Position numbers and translations under genes: made by a program
Notes under the pieces: model-generated
What the model was told of the DNA's origin: nothing
The model's database searches: none
What the model saw: only the letters and a program-made list of their open reading frames with translations
Shown: piece by piece, positions 16,211 through 25,999 of the stretch
Layout: each line of letters begins with the position of its first letter
Position numbering within the stretch: position 1 is the first letter of the stretch
Source: Oscillospiraceae bacterium
Lineage (GTDB): Bacteria; Bacillota; Clostridia; Oscillospirales; Oscillospiraceae
Length of the DNA: 64,000 nucleotides
Reading direction: 5' to 3'
NCBI GenBank assembly: GCA_902802565.1
Contig: CADCMP010000001.1
Location: 711 to 64,710 of the forward strand

Positions 16211-18184
16211 ATGCAGGAATCCATTTTAGAAATGCAGGAACTGATCCGGCAGCTCAACGAGGCTTCTGACGCCTATTACAACGGTCTCCCGGAACGGATG
16301 ACCGATTATGAGTGGGATGCGAAGTTTGACCGGCTGAAACAGCTGGAAGAAGAAACGGGGGAGATCCTTCCGGACAGTCCGACACAGCGTGTTTCGGAGG
16401 ACCAGATCACCGGACAGAAGGAGGAGCACGAATTCTCCGCACTGTCTCTTGCCAAGACCAAGAAGATCGAGGATCTTGCCAAATGGGCGGAAGGTAGACC
16501 GCTTTGGGTCTCCTGGAAGCTGGACGGTCTGACACTGGTTGCAACCTGGGATGACGGCAAACTGACAAAAGTGGTGACCCGGGGGAATGGGCACATCGGG
16601 ACCAACATCACGCACCTGGCAGATGCCATCCGCGGAATTCCGAAGACCATTGCGGAGAAAGGCCATGTGGTGATCCGCGGTGAGGCGGTGATATCCTATT
16701 CCGATTTCGAGGAGTTCCTCCTGACTTCCGAGGAGGATTATGCCAATCCCCGTAATCTTGCTTCCGGTTCTCTTTCCCTGAAAGATGTGAGTGTTGTGCG
16801 GCAGCGCCGCATCCGGTGGATCCCCTTTACTCTGGTATATACCGACCGGGAGATCCTCTCCTGGGGAGATCGCATGGCGGCGATGGAGCAGTGGGGACTG
16901 GAGCCCGTAGAACGGGAGATGGTCACAGATCCCACGGAAGAGAATCTGAATGCGGTCATTGAGCGGTGGACGAAGCTCGTGACGGATAAGATCAACCCCT
17001 ATCCGGTGGACGGTCTGGTCATTGCCTATGATGATACCGAGTATGCTTCGACAGGGTCGGTCACCGGCCATCACGCCACCCGGGCCGGACTGGCCTTTAA
17101 ATGGCAGGATGAGGCCGCGGAGTCCGTTCTGGACCACATCGAATGGTCCTGCGCTGCTTCCACCATCTCACCGGTGGCGGTCTTTGAACCAGTGAATCTG
17201 GAAGGGACCGTAGTCAAACGAGCCTCCCTCTGCAATATCAGTGAATGCCGGCGTCTCGGGATTGGATCGAAAGGGACCCGCATCTCCGTGATCAAAGCCA
17301 ACAAGATCATTCCGAAAGTAATCAAGGTTATACATGCGGAGGGACAGTTGGAGATCCCGGAACAGTGCCCGGTATGTGGGGCGCCTACGGAGATCCGCAT
17401 CCGTCCGGAGAGCTCGACGGAAACACTGAGGTGTACGAACCCTGACTGTACGGCAAAACAACTGAAAAAGTATTCCCGATTTGTTTCCAAAGAGGGAATG
17501 GACATTGACGGACTGTCCGAAGCGACCGTATCCCGTTTTGTCAATGAGGGGTGGATACGGGGATTTGCCGATTTTTATCATCTGGACCGATATGAGGAAG
17601 AGATGACACAGCTGGAAGGCTTTGGGGAGAAATCCGTTGCAAATCTGAAAAAAGCAGTGGAGAAGTCCCGGGAAACGGATGGACAGCATGTACTGTATGC
17701 ACTCTGTATCCCGCTGGTGGGTGTGGATGTGGCAAAACGGTTGCTTGGATCCTATTCCATGGAAGAACTGCTGCAGGCTGCGGCCGACGCAGAGGATCTG
17801 GAACTGTTTTCCCATATCGACGGGATCGGTCCGGAAAAATCCGCCTCCTTTATCCGATGGGTCCGGGAAGGTGACCATCTGGCAGAGGTACATCGGCTGC
17901 TTCGGGAACTGCAGATCCGGGAAGCACCCGGAGAGACAGGAAGCCGGTGTGAAGGACTGACTTTTGTGGTCACGGGTGATGTTCATGTGTACAAAAACAG
18001 AAATGAACTGAAGCAGTACATTGAATCACAGGGAGGAAGAGTCGCAGGTTCTGTGAGCGGATCCACATCATACCTGATCAACAATGATGTCAATTCCACT
18101 TCTGGTAAAAACAAAAAGGCGAAAGAACTGGGAATCCCGATTCTTTCGGAAGATGAATTTATACGGCAGTTTGCCGACGCATAG
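16211..18184 (+). CDS. ligA: NAD-dependent DNA ligase LigA family, divergent paralogue
   Basis: Full LigA architecture: domain Ia (AYYNG..MTDYEWD), KLDG adenylation motif, four-Cys Zn finger (CPVCGAP...CTNPDC), HhH region, C-terminal BRCT (LTFVVTGDV). Several canonical NTase residues look substituted (see findings). Confidence 0.85.
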   Translation: MQESILEMQELIRQLNEASDAYYNGLPERMTDYEWDAKFDRLKQLEEETGEILPDSPTQRVSEDQITGQKEEHEFSALSLAKTKKIEDLAKWAEGRPLWVSWKLDGLTLVATWDDGKLTKVVTRGNGHIGTNITHLADAIRGIPKTIAEKGHVVIRGEAVISYSDFEEFLLTSEEDYANPRNLASGSLSLKDVSVVRQRRIRWIPFTLVYTDREILSWGDRMAAMEQWGLEPVEREMVTDPTEENLNAVIERWTKLVTDKINPYPVDGLVIAYDDTEYASTGSVTGHHATRAGLAFKWQDEAAESVLDHIEWSCAASTISPVAVFEPVNLEGTVVKRASLCNISECRRLGIGSKGTRISVIKANKIIPKVIKVIHAEGQLEIPEQCPVCGAPTEIRIRPESSTETLRCTNPDCTAKQLKKYSRFVSKEGMDIDGLSEATVSRFVNEGWIRGFADFYHLDRYEEEMTQLEGFGEKSVANLKKAVEKSRETDGQHVLYALCIPLVGVDVAKRLLGSYSMEELLQAAADAEDLELFSHIDGIGPEKSASFIRWVREGDHLAEVHRLLRELQIREAPGETGSRCEGLTFVVTGDVHVYKNRNELKQYIESQGGRVAGSVSGSTSYLINNDVNSTSGKNKKAKELGIPILSEDEFIRQFADA

Positions 18185-18201
18185 AGAGGGGAAATGGGAA
18201 C

Positions 18202-18594
18202 ATGGAGTTTATGATTGAGAATGTGATGGCCAGAAAAGGGACCGTCGATAAATTCGGACTGACGGAGAAAGCCGATATGGTGGAGATGGAGGTTTCCGAG
18301 AAAACCGGAGCACTAAAGGAACACTTCTGGGTGAACCTTTCCAAATTTAACGGAATGCCTGGTCTTATCATTGCGGAGGAGAGCATCATCGAGGCACTGG
18401 ATCGGATGACGGAAGAGGATATCGAACACATTCAGGGAGTCGCCATTGAACGCTATCATGGGGATACCTATGAATCCATGGAGGATACCATCGAGTTTTC
18501 CGCATTCATGAGCTGTTACCGTTTTGCCCGGTTCATTCTGGAGGGAATGTACCGTTGCCCCAACGATTTTGAGATCCCGGACAATCGGGAATAG
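18202..18594 (+). CDS. Hypothetical protein (130 aa)
   Basis: ORF immediately downstream of the ligase gene with GAGAGGGGA upstream. No recognisable motif. Confidence 0.55.
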   Translation: MEFMIENVMARKGTVDKFGLTEKADMVEMEVSEKTGALKEHFWVNLSKFNGMPGLIIAEESIIEALDRMTEEDIEHIQGVAIERYHGDTYESMEDTIEFSAFMSCYRFARFILEGMYRCPNDFEIPDNRE

Positions 18595-18615
18595 ACTGAT
18601 TTTAAGAAACATAAT

Positions 18616-18665
18616 AAAGCTGTAACTGGGTCATTTCGTTTTCAGACCCGGTTACAGCTTTTTCG
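18616..18665 (+). terminator. Rho-independent terminator
   Basis: Long stem AAGCTGTAACTGGGTC/GACCCGGTTACAGCTT followed by TTT. Confidence 0.8.
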
Positions 18666-18753
18666 GTTTGGCCGTTCTGTCATTAATTGATGCAAAAACT
18701 GTACAAATCGCACAATTTGTGCTTTCGCTTTGGTTTACAGTGAGTTATTTTTA

Positions 18754-18782
18754 TTGGATTCGCACAATAAACAGTGTATAAT
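18754..18782 (+). promoter_or_regulatory. Sigma-A promoter of the lactate-utilisation cluster
   Basis: TTGGAT, 17 nt spacer, TATAAT. This gives a 5' leader of about 240 nt before the permease start. Confidence 0.55.
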
Positions 18783-19028
18783 ACATTAGCTTGAGTTTCT
18801 GTAAAAGCCATCATGGATAATCGGGCAGGAAAACCAGTCGGAACTTAGAATGGAAAAAAGGTTCGGTTATGAAATGATGGAGTTGCAGGAAAAATATGAA
18901 TTGCAACTCTTTTGTGTATGTGTGTGTATTGTGAAATGTGGGACAGATGCGGTATGAGAGGGTAAGAGTCGTCATCTGTAATGTGTTTTACAACGCAGGA
19001 TTGTTGCAGATCTAGGAGGAAGAAAACT

Positions 19029-20708
19029 ATGACTGCTTTAATAGCTGCAGTACCTATCCTGTTGGTCATCGTTTTGATGATCGCATTTAACTGGCCGGCC
19101 AAAACGGCATTGCCTCTCGGCTGGGCAGTTACCGTTCTGATTGCTCTCCTTTACTGGAGACAGGATTTCGGAACATCCGCTGCCTGGGCTTTGGACGGCT
19201 TCCTGGAAGCCATCAGCACTCTGGTAGTTATTCTCGGCGCAATCCTCATCATGAACACCATGAAGCATTCCGGCGCAGTTACCGCCATTCAGCGCGTATT
19301 TAACGGAGTGAACCCGGACAGACGTATCCAGGCGGTCATCGTCGGATTTGTCTTTGCTGCTTTCATTGAAGGCGCTGCCGGATTCGGAACCCCGGCTGCT
19401 CTGGCAGCACCGCTGCTCATCGGCCTCGGCTTCCCACCGCTTTGCGCTGCTGTTGTGGCTCTCATCTATAACAGCACACCGGTTGTGTTCGGTGCAGTCG
19501 GAACCCCGACATCCACTGCCGCTGCGGTTGTGCAGCAGTCGGTTGAGGAACTGGGCGGAAACGCAGAGCAGTTTACCATGGCACTGACCAAGTATTCGGC
19601 ACTGGGACAGGCCGTCTGCGCACTCTTTATCATCTGCGCCGGCCTCTTCGTCATGACCAAGATGTTCGGACCGAACCGCTCCGGCAAGGAAGCATTTGCA
19701 GCATTCCCGTTTGCCATCTTTACCATTGTTGTATTCGACGTATTCTATCTGATCATGGCCTTCTTCTTCGGCCCGGAGTTCCCGTCTCTGATCGGTGCGA
19801 TCCTGACTCTTCTGGTAGTCATCGTTGCCGCAAAGAAAGGATTCCTCTGCCCGAAGAAAGTATGGGACTTTGACAACAGAGAAAAATGGGACTCCAGCTG
19901 GCTCTCCACGCAGGAAGTCAAGCAGGATGTTGACAACGGCATGTCCGCTGTTCTGGCATGGACTCCCTATGTGCTCATCGGCCTTATCCTTGTAGCGACC
20001 CGTCTGAACTGGTTCGGACTGAAGGATCTCCTGAAGGGACAGGCATTCACGGTAACCATCGCCAACATCCTTGGTATGGAAGGTGTTACCTGGAGCTGGA
20101 ACTGGGGCTGGAACCCCGGTGTGATTCCGTTTATCCTTGTATGCATCATCACCTGGTTCCTGCACAGAATGCCCGGTGCAAAAGTGAAGGAAGCACTGCT
20201 GGACACTTATCATCAGCTGACCGGCGCTGCCATCGCACTGTTCTTTGGCGTCTCCATGGTTTACCTGTACCGCAACACCGGCATGAACGCATCCATCGAC
20301 AAATCCATGCTGTATGTCATGGCGGAAGCACTGGCCAAGATCTTCCAGAGCGCTTACATTATCATCGCTCCTATCATTGGCGTGCTCGGATCTTTTATGT
20401 CCGGCTCCAATACCGTTTCCAATACACTGTTTGCCGGTCTGCAGTTTCAGACTGCCAGCATTCTTAAGATGAGTCCGGTCCTGATTGTTGCTCTCCAGAA
20501 CATCGGCGGCGCTGCCGGCAATATGATCTGCGTGAACAACGTTGTTGCAGCATGTGCTACCACCGGCACCATGGGCAACGAAGGAAAAATCATCAAAACA
20601 AACGCACTGCCCTGCTTTATCTACTGTCTGATCGCCATCGTGGTACTGGGTGCCCTGATCCTTATGGGGTCGGATCCTCTGGGTCTCGGTGCCGCCATCT
20701 CTGGCTGA
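19029..20708 (+). CDS. lctP: L-lactate/glycolate permease (LctP family)
   Basis: 559 aa polytopic membrane protein with LctP-type N-terminus ([22 protein letters not shown]). AGGAGG 8 nt upstream of the ATG at 19029. Confidence 0.85.
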   Translation: MTALIAAVPILLVIVLMIAFNWPAKTALPLGWAVTVLIALLYWRQDFGTSAAWALDGFLEAISTLVVILGAILIMNTMKHSGAVTAIQRVFNGVNPDRRIQAVIVGFVFAAFIEGAAGFGTPAALAAPLLIGLGFPPLCAAVVALIYNSTPVVFGAVGTPTSTAAAVVQQSVEELGGNAEQFTMALTKYSALGQAVCALFIICAGLFVMTKMFGPNRSGKEAFAAFPFAIFTIVVFDVFYLIMAFFFGPEFPSLIGAILTLLVVIVAAKKGFLCPKKVWDFDNREKWDSSWLSTQEVKQDVDNGMSAVLAWTPYVLIGLILVATRLNWFGLKDLLKGQAFTVTIANILGMEGVTWSWNWGWNPGVIPFILVCIITWFLHRMPGAKVKEALLDTYHQLTGAAIALFFGVSMVYLYRNTGMNASIDKSMLYVMAEALAKIFQSAYIIIAPIIGVLGSFMSGSNTVSNTLFAGLQFQTASILKMSPVLIVALQNIGGAAGNMICVNNVVAACATTGTMGNEGKIIKTNALPCFIYCLIAIVVLGALILMGSDPLGLGAAISG

Positions 20709-20759
20709 TTCCATCAGTCGTAAATAAGTAAACAAAGGAAAAATTTGGAGGTATCTACT

Positions 20760-21818
20760 ATGATTCATCTTTCCTATGATCAGGAAATAACCCTGATTAA
20801 AAAACTGCTTGCCCCGCTGAACGTCGTCGAGTACGATGCCGACTACGTGGCAAAAGTTGTTACTCACTCCGATTTCACAGGTACCTATTCTCATGGCCTG
20901 TCCCGTCTCTGCATTTACCTGCGTCAGTATATGGCCGGCGCTTTGAATGCACAGCCCGATTTCAAAATCGTACAGGACAAGGATGCATCTCTTGCATTTG
21001 AATGCGACCTTGGCTCCGGTATCGCAGCAGTAAACCGTGTATATGACGCAGTCCTCGAGCGCGCCCGCAAATATGGCGTTGCCGCAGGTGTTGCCCGCAA
21101 CAGCGCAAACATCGGCTGCGGCGGTTTCTATGGCCACCGTATGGCGGAAGACAACGTGATCGGTTTTGTCGTCAGCAACACTTATCCCTGCCAGGCACCG
21201 TACGGCGGTGCTGACCGTCTCATCGGTACCAACCCCATCATCCTTGGCTGCCCCACCACCAATCCGGAGCGTCCCATCGTTATCGACGTTTCCACCAGTG
21301 GTGTCGCCATCGGTAAGGTCTTCGCATATCGTCGTGAAGACAAAGAGATGCCGGAAGGCTGGGCCAATGACTATGATGGCAATCCGACCACCGATCCGCA
21401 CAAGGCTTACTGTGTCCGTCCGATGGGCGACCACAAGGGCTATGGTCTCGCGGTATTCGTCGATATGTTCGGCGGCGTTCTGGCCGATGCTCTCACCAGT
21501 GCTGAGATCCCCTTCGTAGAGGATATGGAACCGGAGAAGACCGGCTTTGCAGTCGTCCTTCTGGATATTGCACACTTCCTGGATGTCGACCGCTTCAAAG
21601 AGCACGCTTCCCAGTATGCAAGCATGCTGAAGAACAGCCGTACCGCCACCGGCGTAAAAGAGATCTTTATGCCCGGTGAGATCGAGGCTCGTCTGCTTGA
21701 GGAACGCAAAGTTTCCGGCGTTGATTTCTCCGATGCTCTCGTTGCTGAGCTGGAGGATCTGGGACGTCAGTGCGGCGCTCTCGGCGAAGGCGGAAAACTC
21801 GAAGATCTGCTTGCCTAA
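20760..21818 (+). CDS. Ldh_2 family (malate/L-lactate dehydrogenase type 2) oxidoreductase
   Basis: 352 aa with Ldh_2-type blocks HGLSRL, GTNPI and DHKGYGLA. GGAG 9 nt upstream of the ATG at 20760. Confidence 0.8.
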   Translation: MIHLSYDQEITLIKKLLAPLNVVEYDADYVAKVVTHSDFTGTYSHGLSRLCIYLRQYMAGALNAQPDFKIVQDKDASLAFECDLGSGIAAVNRVYDAVLERARKYGVAAGVARNSANIGCGGFYGHRMAEDNVIGFVVSNTYPCQAPYGGADRLIGTNPIILGCPTTNPERPIVIDVSTSGVAIGKVFAYRREDKEMPEGWANDYDGNPTTDPHKAYCVRPMGDHKGYGLAVFVDMFGGVLADALTSAEIPFVEDMEPEKTGFAVVLLDIAHFLDVDRFKEHASQYASMLKNSRTATGVKEIFMPGEIEARLLEERKVSGVDFSDALVAELEDLGRQCGALGEGGKLEDLLA

Positions 21819-21832
21819 TCGAAAGTATTTGC

Positions 21833-21864
21833 TTGACCGAACCGGCAATTTCCGGTTCGGTCAA
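21833..21864 (+). terminator. Perfect 13-bp hairpin between the Ldh_2 and GlcD-like genes (weak terminator or processing site)
   Basis: TTGACCGAACCGG/CCGGTTCGGTCAA with a 6-nt loop. The 3' tail ATTAAT is only weakly U-rich. Confidence 0.45.
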
Positions 21865-21978
21865 ATTAATATGTATCTGTCCGGATCCGCCATATATATG
21901 GAGCATGTCCCGGCATCCTGTCGATAATGACGGATCATCCGGAATATATTAGTATTTTTTGTTAAACAGGAGGATTAC

Positions 21979-23412
21979 ATGGCAACTTATAATAAAATCA
22001 CGCCTGAGATCGCCGCGCAGCTGAAAGCTGTTGTCGGCGAAAGAAGATTCTTCGAGGGTGAGGATATCGATCCCAACTATTCCCACGATGAAATGCCGAT
22101 CTACGGAAAATATCTTCCCGATGTCGCAGTTGACGTGGAGACCACCGAAGAAGTATCCGAGATCATGAAGATCTGTTCTGCCAACAAGATTCCCGTTACC
22201 TGCCGTGGCGCAGGCACCGGACTCGTTGGCGGATGTGTTCCCCTGGCCGGCGGTGTCGTACTGTGTACCCGCCGTATGGACAAGATTCTGGCATATGATA
22301 TGGAGAACCTCGTAGTCCGTATCCAGCCCGGCGTGCTGCTGAAAGATCTGGCTGCCGATGCCCTGGATCACGGCCTGATGTATCCCCCCGATCCCGGCGA
22401 AAAGACCGCGACGGTGGGAGGAAATATCTCCACTAACGCAGGCGGTATGCGTGCCGTCAAATATGGTGTTACCCGTGACTATGTTCTGGCGTTGACGGTC
22501 GTTCTGGCAGATGGCCGCATCATTGAGCTTGGCAAATCTGTATGCAAAACCAGTTCCGGTTACAGTCTGCTGCATCTGATGGTAGGCTCTGAAGGCACCT
22601 TGGGAATCATCACTGAGATGACCATGAAACTCATTCCGAAACCCATCTGTGATGTATCCTGTCTGGTACCGTTCCGTGATGTGGAATCCTGCATCCACTC
22701 CGTCCCGAAGATCAAACTGGCTAACCTCGATCCTCAGTCCATCGAATTCATGGACGCGGATATTGTCACTTCTTCCGCCGCATTCACAGGAAACCCCATT
22801 TTCCCGGAGAATGTCAATAATGAAGAAGTAGGCGCCTCCATCCTTGTTACTTTCGTCGGCAATGATGAGGACGAGCTGGATCAGAAGATGATCAAACTGG
22901 GTGAAGTGGCAGAAGAGGCCGGTGCCTTGGATGTGCTGGTCGTTGCCACCTCCGCCAATAAGAAGGAAGCATGGGCAGCCCGCTCCAGCTTCCTGACTGC
23001 AATCGAAGCAGACACCAAGCTCATCGATGAGATGGACGTGGTGGTTCCCGTGGATAAGATCCCTGACTTTTTGATCTATATCCGACAGCTGGGAGAAGAG
23101 AATGGAATCCGGATCCGCAACTTCGGTCATGCCGGAGACGGAAACCTGCATATCTACTGCTGCTCCAATGATCTGGAAGAAGAGGAATTCAAGAAGAAAG
23201 TCAAAGTCATCATGGACGCTGCATATACCAAGTGTGCAGAACTGGAGGGACAGGTATCCGGTGAGCATTCCATCGGTCATGCCAAGATGGTCTATCTGGA
23301 AGAGTCTGTTGGTGAAGACGTATTCAAGCTTATGGGCGAGATCAAGAAGGTCTTCGATCCGGATTACATTCTGAATCCGGGCAAGGTCTGCGACAGCTCC
23401 CTGGTCAGCTGA
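21979..23412 (+). CDS. FAD-linked oxidase, GlcD/D-lactate dehydrogenase family (LctD-like)
   Basis: 477 aa with an FAD-binding PCMH block VTCRGAGTGLVGG. Sits next to etfB and etfA, as in Etf-dependent lactate dehydrogenase clusters. Confidence 0.85.
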   Translation: MATYNKITPEIAAQLKAVVGERRFFEGEDIDPNYSHDEMPIYGKYLPDVAVDVETTEEVSEIMKICSANKIPVTCRGAGTGLVGGCVPLAGGVVLCTRRMDKILAYDMENLVVRIQPGVLLKDLAADALDHGLMYPPDPGEKTATVGGNISTNAGGMRAVKYGVTRDYVLALTVVLADGRIIELGKSVCKTSSGYSLLHLMVGSEGTLGIITEMTMKLIPKPICDVSCLVPFRDVESCIHSVPKIKLANLDPQSIEFMDADIVTSSAAFTGNPIFPENVNNEEVGASILVTFVGNDEDELDQKMIKLGEVAEEAGALDVLVVATSANKKEAWAARSSFLTAIEADTKLIDEMDVVVPVDKIPDFLIYIRQLGEENGIRIRNFGHAGDGNLHIYCCSNDLEEEEFKKKVKVIMDAAYTKCAELEGQVSGEHSIGHAKMVYLEESVGEDVFKLMGEIKKVFDPDYILNPGKVCDSSLVS

Positions 23413-23456
23413 TTCCGACATGTTTCTAGATAATCGATTATTGGAAGGAGTAACCT

Positions 23457-24251
23457 ATGCTTAAAATACTTGTATGTGTCAAGCAGGTTCCGGATGTTGA
23501 CCTTGTTACGATGGATCCGGAAACCGGCAACCTGGTTCGCGAAGGCGTACCGACTCTGACAAATCCCCTGGATCTGAATGCGCTGGAAGCAGCAGTTCAG
23601 GTCAAGGAAAGATACGGCGGCGAGATCACTCTGATCACAATGGGACCTCCCATGGCAGAGAGTACGCTGCGTGAAGGCCTCGCGGTGGGCGGTGACGATG
23701 CGATCCTGATCACCGGGCGCCCCTTCGGCGGTGCCGACACTCTGTCCACAAGCTACCCGATCCTGATGGCGGCAAACATGAAGGGCAAATTCGATCTTAT
23801 CTTCTGCGGAAAAGAGTCTCTGGACGGGGCCACCGGACAGATGGCTTCCCAGCTGGCAGAACGTTTTGACGCATCTCAGATTTCCTGCTGCTACAGCATT
23901 GAAGAAATCACGGACGGAAAGATCAAGGCCACCCGTACTCTGGAGACCGGCAAGGAGATCGTTGAGGCAACGCTCCCCTGCCTTATTACGGTGGAAAAGG
24001 ACAACTTCTACGGAAGACTTCCCAGCCTGAAGGCCTATTTGGCATCCAAGACGGCTGAGATCACCACTTATACCGAGAACGACATCGACGGTCTGGATAT
24101 GAATAAGATCGGTGTTCCGGGATCCGGTACCATCGTTCCGAAAATCTATCCGCCTGAACTGCCCGAACCCGGACAGATCATCAGCACCGGCAGCGCGAAA
24201 ACCGACGTCAGCAAACTGGTTGAGCTGCTGGCGGAAAAAGGCTCGATCTAA
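23457..24251 (+). CDS. etfB: Electron transfer flavoprotein beta subunit
   Basis: N-terminus MLKILVCVKQVPD and length are typical of EtfB. Strong RBS. Confidence 0.9.
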   Translation: MLKILVCVKQVPDVDLVTMDPETGNLVREGVPTLTNPLDLNALEAAVQVKERYGGEITLITMGPPMAESTLREGLAVGGDDAILITGRPFGGADTLSTSYPILMAANMKGKFDLIFCGKESLDGATGQMASQLAERFDASQISCCYSIEEITDGKIKATRTLETGKEIVEATLPCLITVEKDNFYGRLPSLKAYLASKTAEITTYTENDIDGLDMNKIGVPGSGTIVPKIYPPELPEPGQIISTGSAKTDVSKLVELLAEKGSI

Positions 24252-24263
24252 GGAGGTCCTACT

Positions 24264-25268
24264 ATGCAGAAATCTGATTACAAAAATATGTGGGTATACA
24301 TCGAGCATGATGGCGAGACCGTCGCACCTGTGAGCCTTGAGCTCTGCTGTGAGATCCGCAAGCTTTGCGATGTAACCGGCGAAAAACTGTACGCAGTAAT
24401 CATCAGTGATCTTCCTCACGAAGAAGTGGATAAGATCAGAGAATGCGGTGTGGACGGAATCATTTATGTCAATGGTACCGGTTATGAATATTTCAATACC
24501 GATGCGTATGCCAACGTGTTCACGGTCCTGTCCCGCAAATATAATCCGTCCGCCATCTTTGTCGGCGGCACCATCTTCGGACGTGATTTCGCGCCCCGGT
24601 TTGCAGTTCAGCTGGATACCGGCTGCACCTCCGACGCCATGGAGCTGGAGTATGATCCTGAGACCGGTGATATCCAGTTCATCGAGCCGGCAGTCGGCGG
24701 CAAGATCATGGCCGTTATCACTGTACCGGTGATGCGTCCTCAGGTGGGCACTATCCGTCCGGGCACCTTTAAGTATGCACCGGTAGGTGCCAAGGAGAAT
24801 GTGGAGGCGATCTGCGAGGAGATCAGTTTTGATCCCGAAGCAATCCGATGCAAACATATCGATTTCATCCCCGATGACATGGATCCGGAACTGGATATCG
24901 CCAATGCCGACTGCATCGTATGTGTCGGTAACGGTCTGAAAGACTCCGAGCATCTGGAGCGTTACCGTGTTCTGGCAAAATTGCTGGGCGGCAAAATCGG
25001 CTGCACCAGACCGCTGTTTGACCGCGGTATCCTTCCGTACAAACTGCAGATCGGACAGTCCGGCGTTATGGTCAAAACCAAGCTCTACATCAGCTTTGGT
25101 GTTTCCGGCGCAGTAAACCATACTGCGGGTGTTGACGCCGATGTCTTCGTTGCGGTGGATAAGAATCCGGACGCCCAGATCTTCAACTATTGTGACTATG
25201 GTATCGTAGGCGATATGGATGAGGTCTGTGATGAGCTGATTGATCAGCTGAAGGCAAGACAGGCCTGA
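24264..25268 (+). CDS. etfA: Electron transfer flavoprotein alpha subunit
   Basis: 334 aa with the C-terminal FAD-binding block YISFGVSGAVNHTAGV. Strong RBS AAGGAGG. Confidence 0.9.
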   Translation: MQKSDYKNMWVYIEHDGETVAPVSLELCCEIRKLCDVTGEKLYAVIISDLPHEEVDKIRECGVDGIIYVNGTGYEYFNTDAYANVFTVLSRKYNPSAIFVGGTIFGRDFAPRFAVQLDTGCTSDAMELEYDPETGDIQFIEPAVGGKIMAVITVPVMRPQVGTIRPGTFKYAPVGAKENVEAICEEISFDPEAIRCKHIDFIPDDMDPELDIANADCIVCVGNGLKDSEHLERYRVLAKLLGGKIGCTRPLFDRGILPYKLQIGQSGVMVKTKLYISFGVSGAVNHTAGVDADVFVAVDKNPDAQIFNYCDYGIVGDMDEVCDELIDQLKARQA

Positions 25269-25284
25269 AAAACCCGATAAAACA

Positions 25285-25312
25285 AAAAATGACGGCTTCG
25301 GCCGTCATTTTT
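25285..25312. terminator. Bidirectional terminator
   Basis: ATGACGGC/GCCGTCAT stem with a TTCG loop, flanked by an A-run and a T-run. Confidence 0.8.
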
Positions 25313-25324
25313 ATTTGCTGAATC

Positions 25325-25978
25325 TTAACTTGTTATATTGTGGAGCCGCTGGGTCAAAGCAGGCAGGGTGCCATCCTCCAGTGCCTGAGCAATGAGTCCT
25401 GCTCTTTTCCGCTCCTCCTTAATATACCAGGTGAGGACCGTTAGGATCTCGTCCCGTGAAAGCGTCTCCACAGCACGATCCTGCAACTCCGTATAGTGTT
25501 CTGCATATTCCGGATCTCCAAGGTCCCAGCGAAGGAACAGCTTGATCCACTCATTGACCTCCTGAGAGTAATCGGGAAAACCGCGGGTTACGGTCTTTTT
25601 CATGATGGAGCGAAGCTCGACCCATTCCGTGGTTTGTATTTCCAGTACCGGAAGATCCGCGCATTTTTCATCCACAGTACGTTCTTCCTCCGGAAGACCG
25701 TGCGGGCGCTTCTCAATAAACTCAATATCCCCGGGCCCCGGTTCCCGCAGTTGGGAATACTCCAGAATACGCTGTAGTGTTTTGACACAAAGACCGCAGC
25801 CGGTGCCGGCTCCGGTCTTTTCCTGCAGCTGTTCCAGTGCAGAGGCACCTTCGCCGATGGTCTTTCGGATCTCGCCTGCCGTGATATTCCTGCAGCGACA
25901 CACCAGCTCGTCGTCCGGAATATCACGGACATGTGTGCGGCTTTCATAATCACGGCGGCCTAAGTTCTCCCATTTCAT
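25325..25978 (-). CDS. BFD-like [2Fe-2S]-binding domain protein with an uncharacterised C-terminal domain
   Basis: CRCRNITAGEI...GTGCGLC four-Cys pattern of the Fer2_BFD type at the N-terminus. The remaining ~150 aa match nothing I recognise. Confidence 0.65.
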   Translation of the reverse strand: MKWENLGRRDYESRTHVRDIPDDELVCRCRNITAGEIRKTIGEGASALEQLQEKTGAGTGCGLCVKTLQRILEYSQLREPGPGDIEFIEKRPHGLPEEERTVDEKCADLPVLEIQTTEWVELRSIMKKTVTRGFPDYSQEVNEWIKLFLRWDLGDPEYAEHYTELQDRAVETLSRDEILTVLTWYIKEERKRAGLIAQALEDGTLPALTQRLHNITS

Positions 25979-25999
25979 ATCGATTACCTGAAACGAAGG

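Noticed and set aside
19038-21848. 936-aa minus-strand ORF spanning the lactate permease gene, the Ldh_2 gene and the spacer between them.
   Set aside because: It is exactly codon-aligned with both plus-strand genes (all start coordinates are congruent mod 3). Its openness therefore only reflects avoidance of TTA, CTA and TCA codons in the real genes. The translation is low-complexity (Gly/Ala/Asp/Cys-rich) with no motif and no RBS. The plus-strand genes have clear family signatures.
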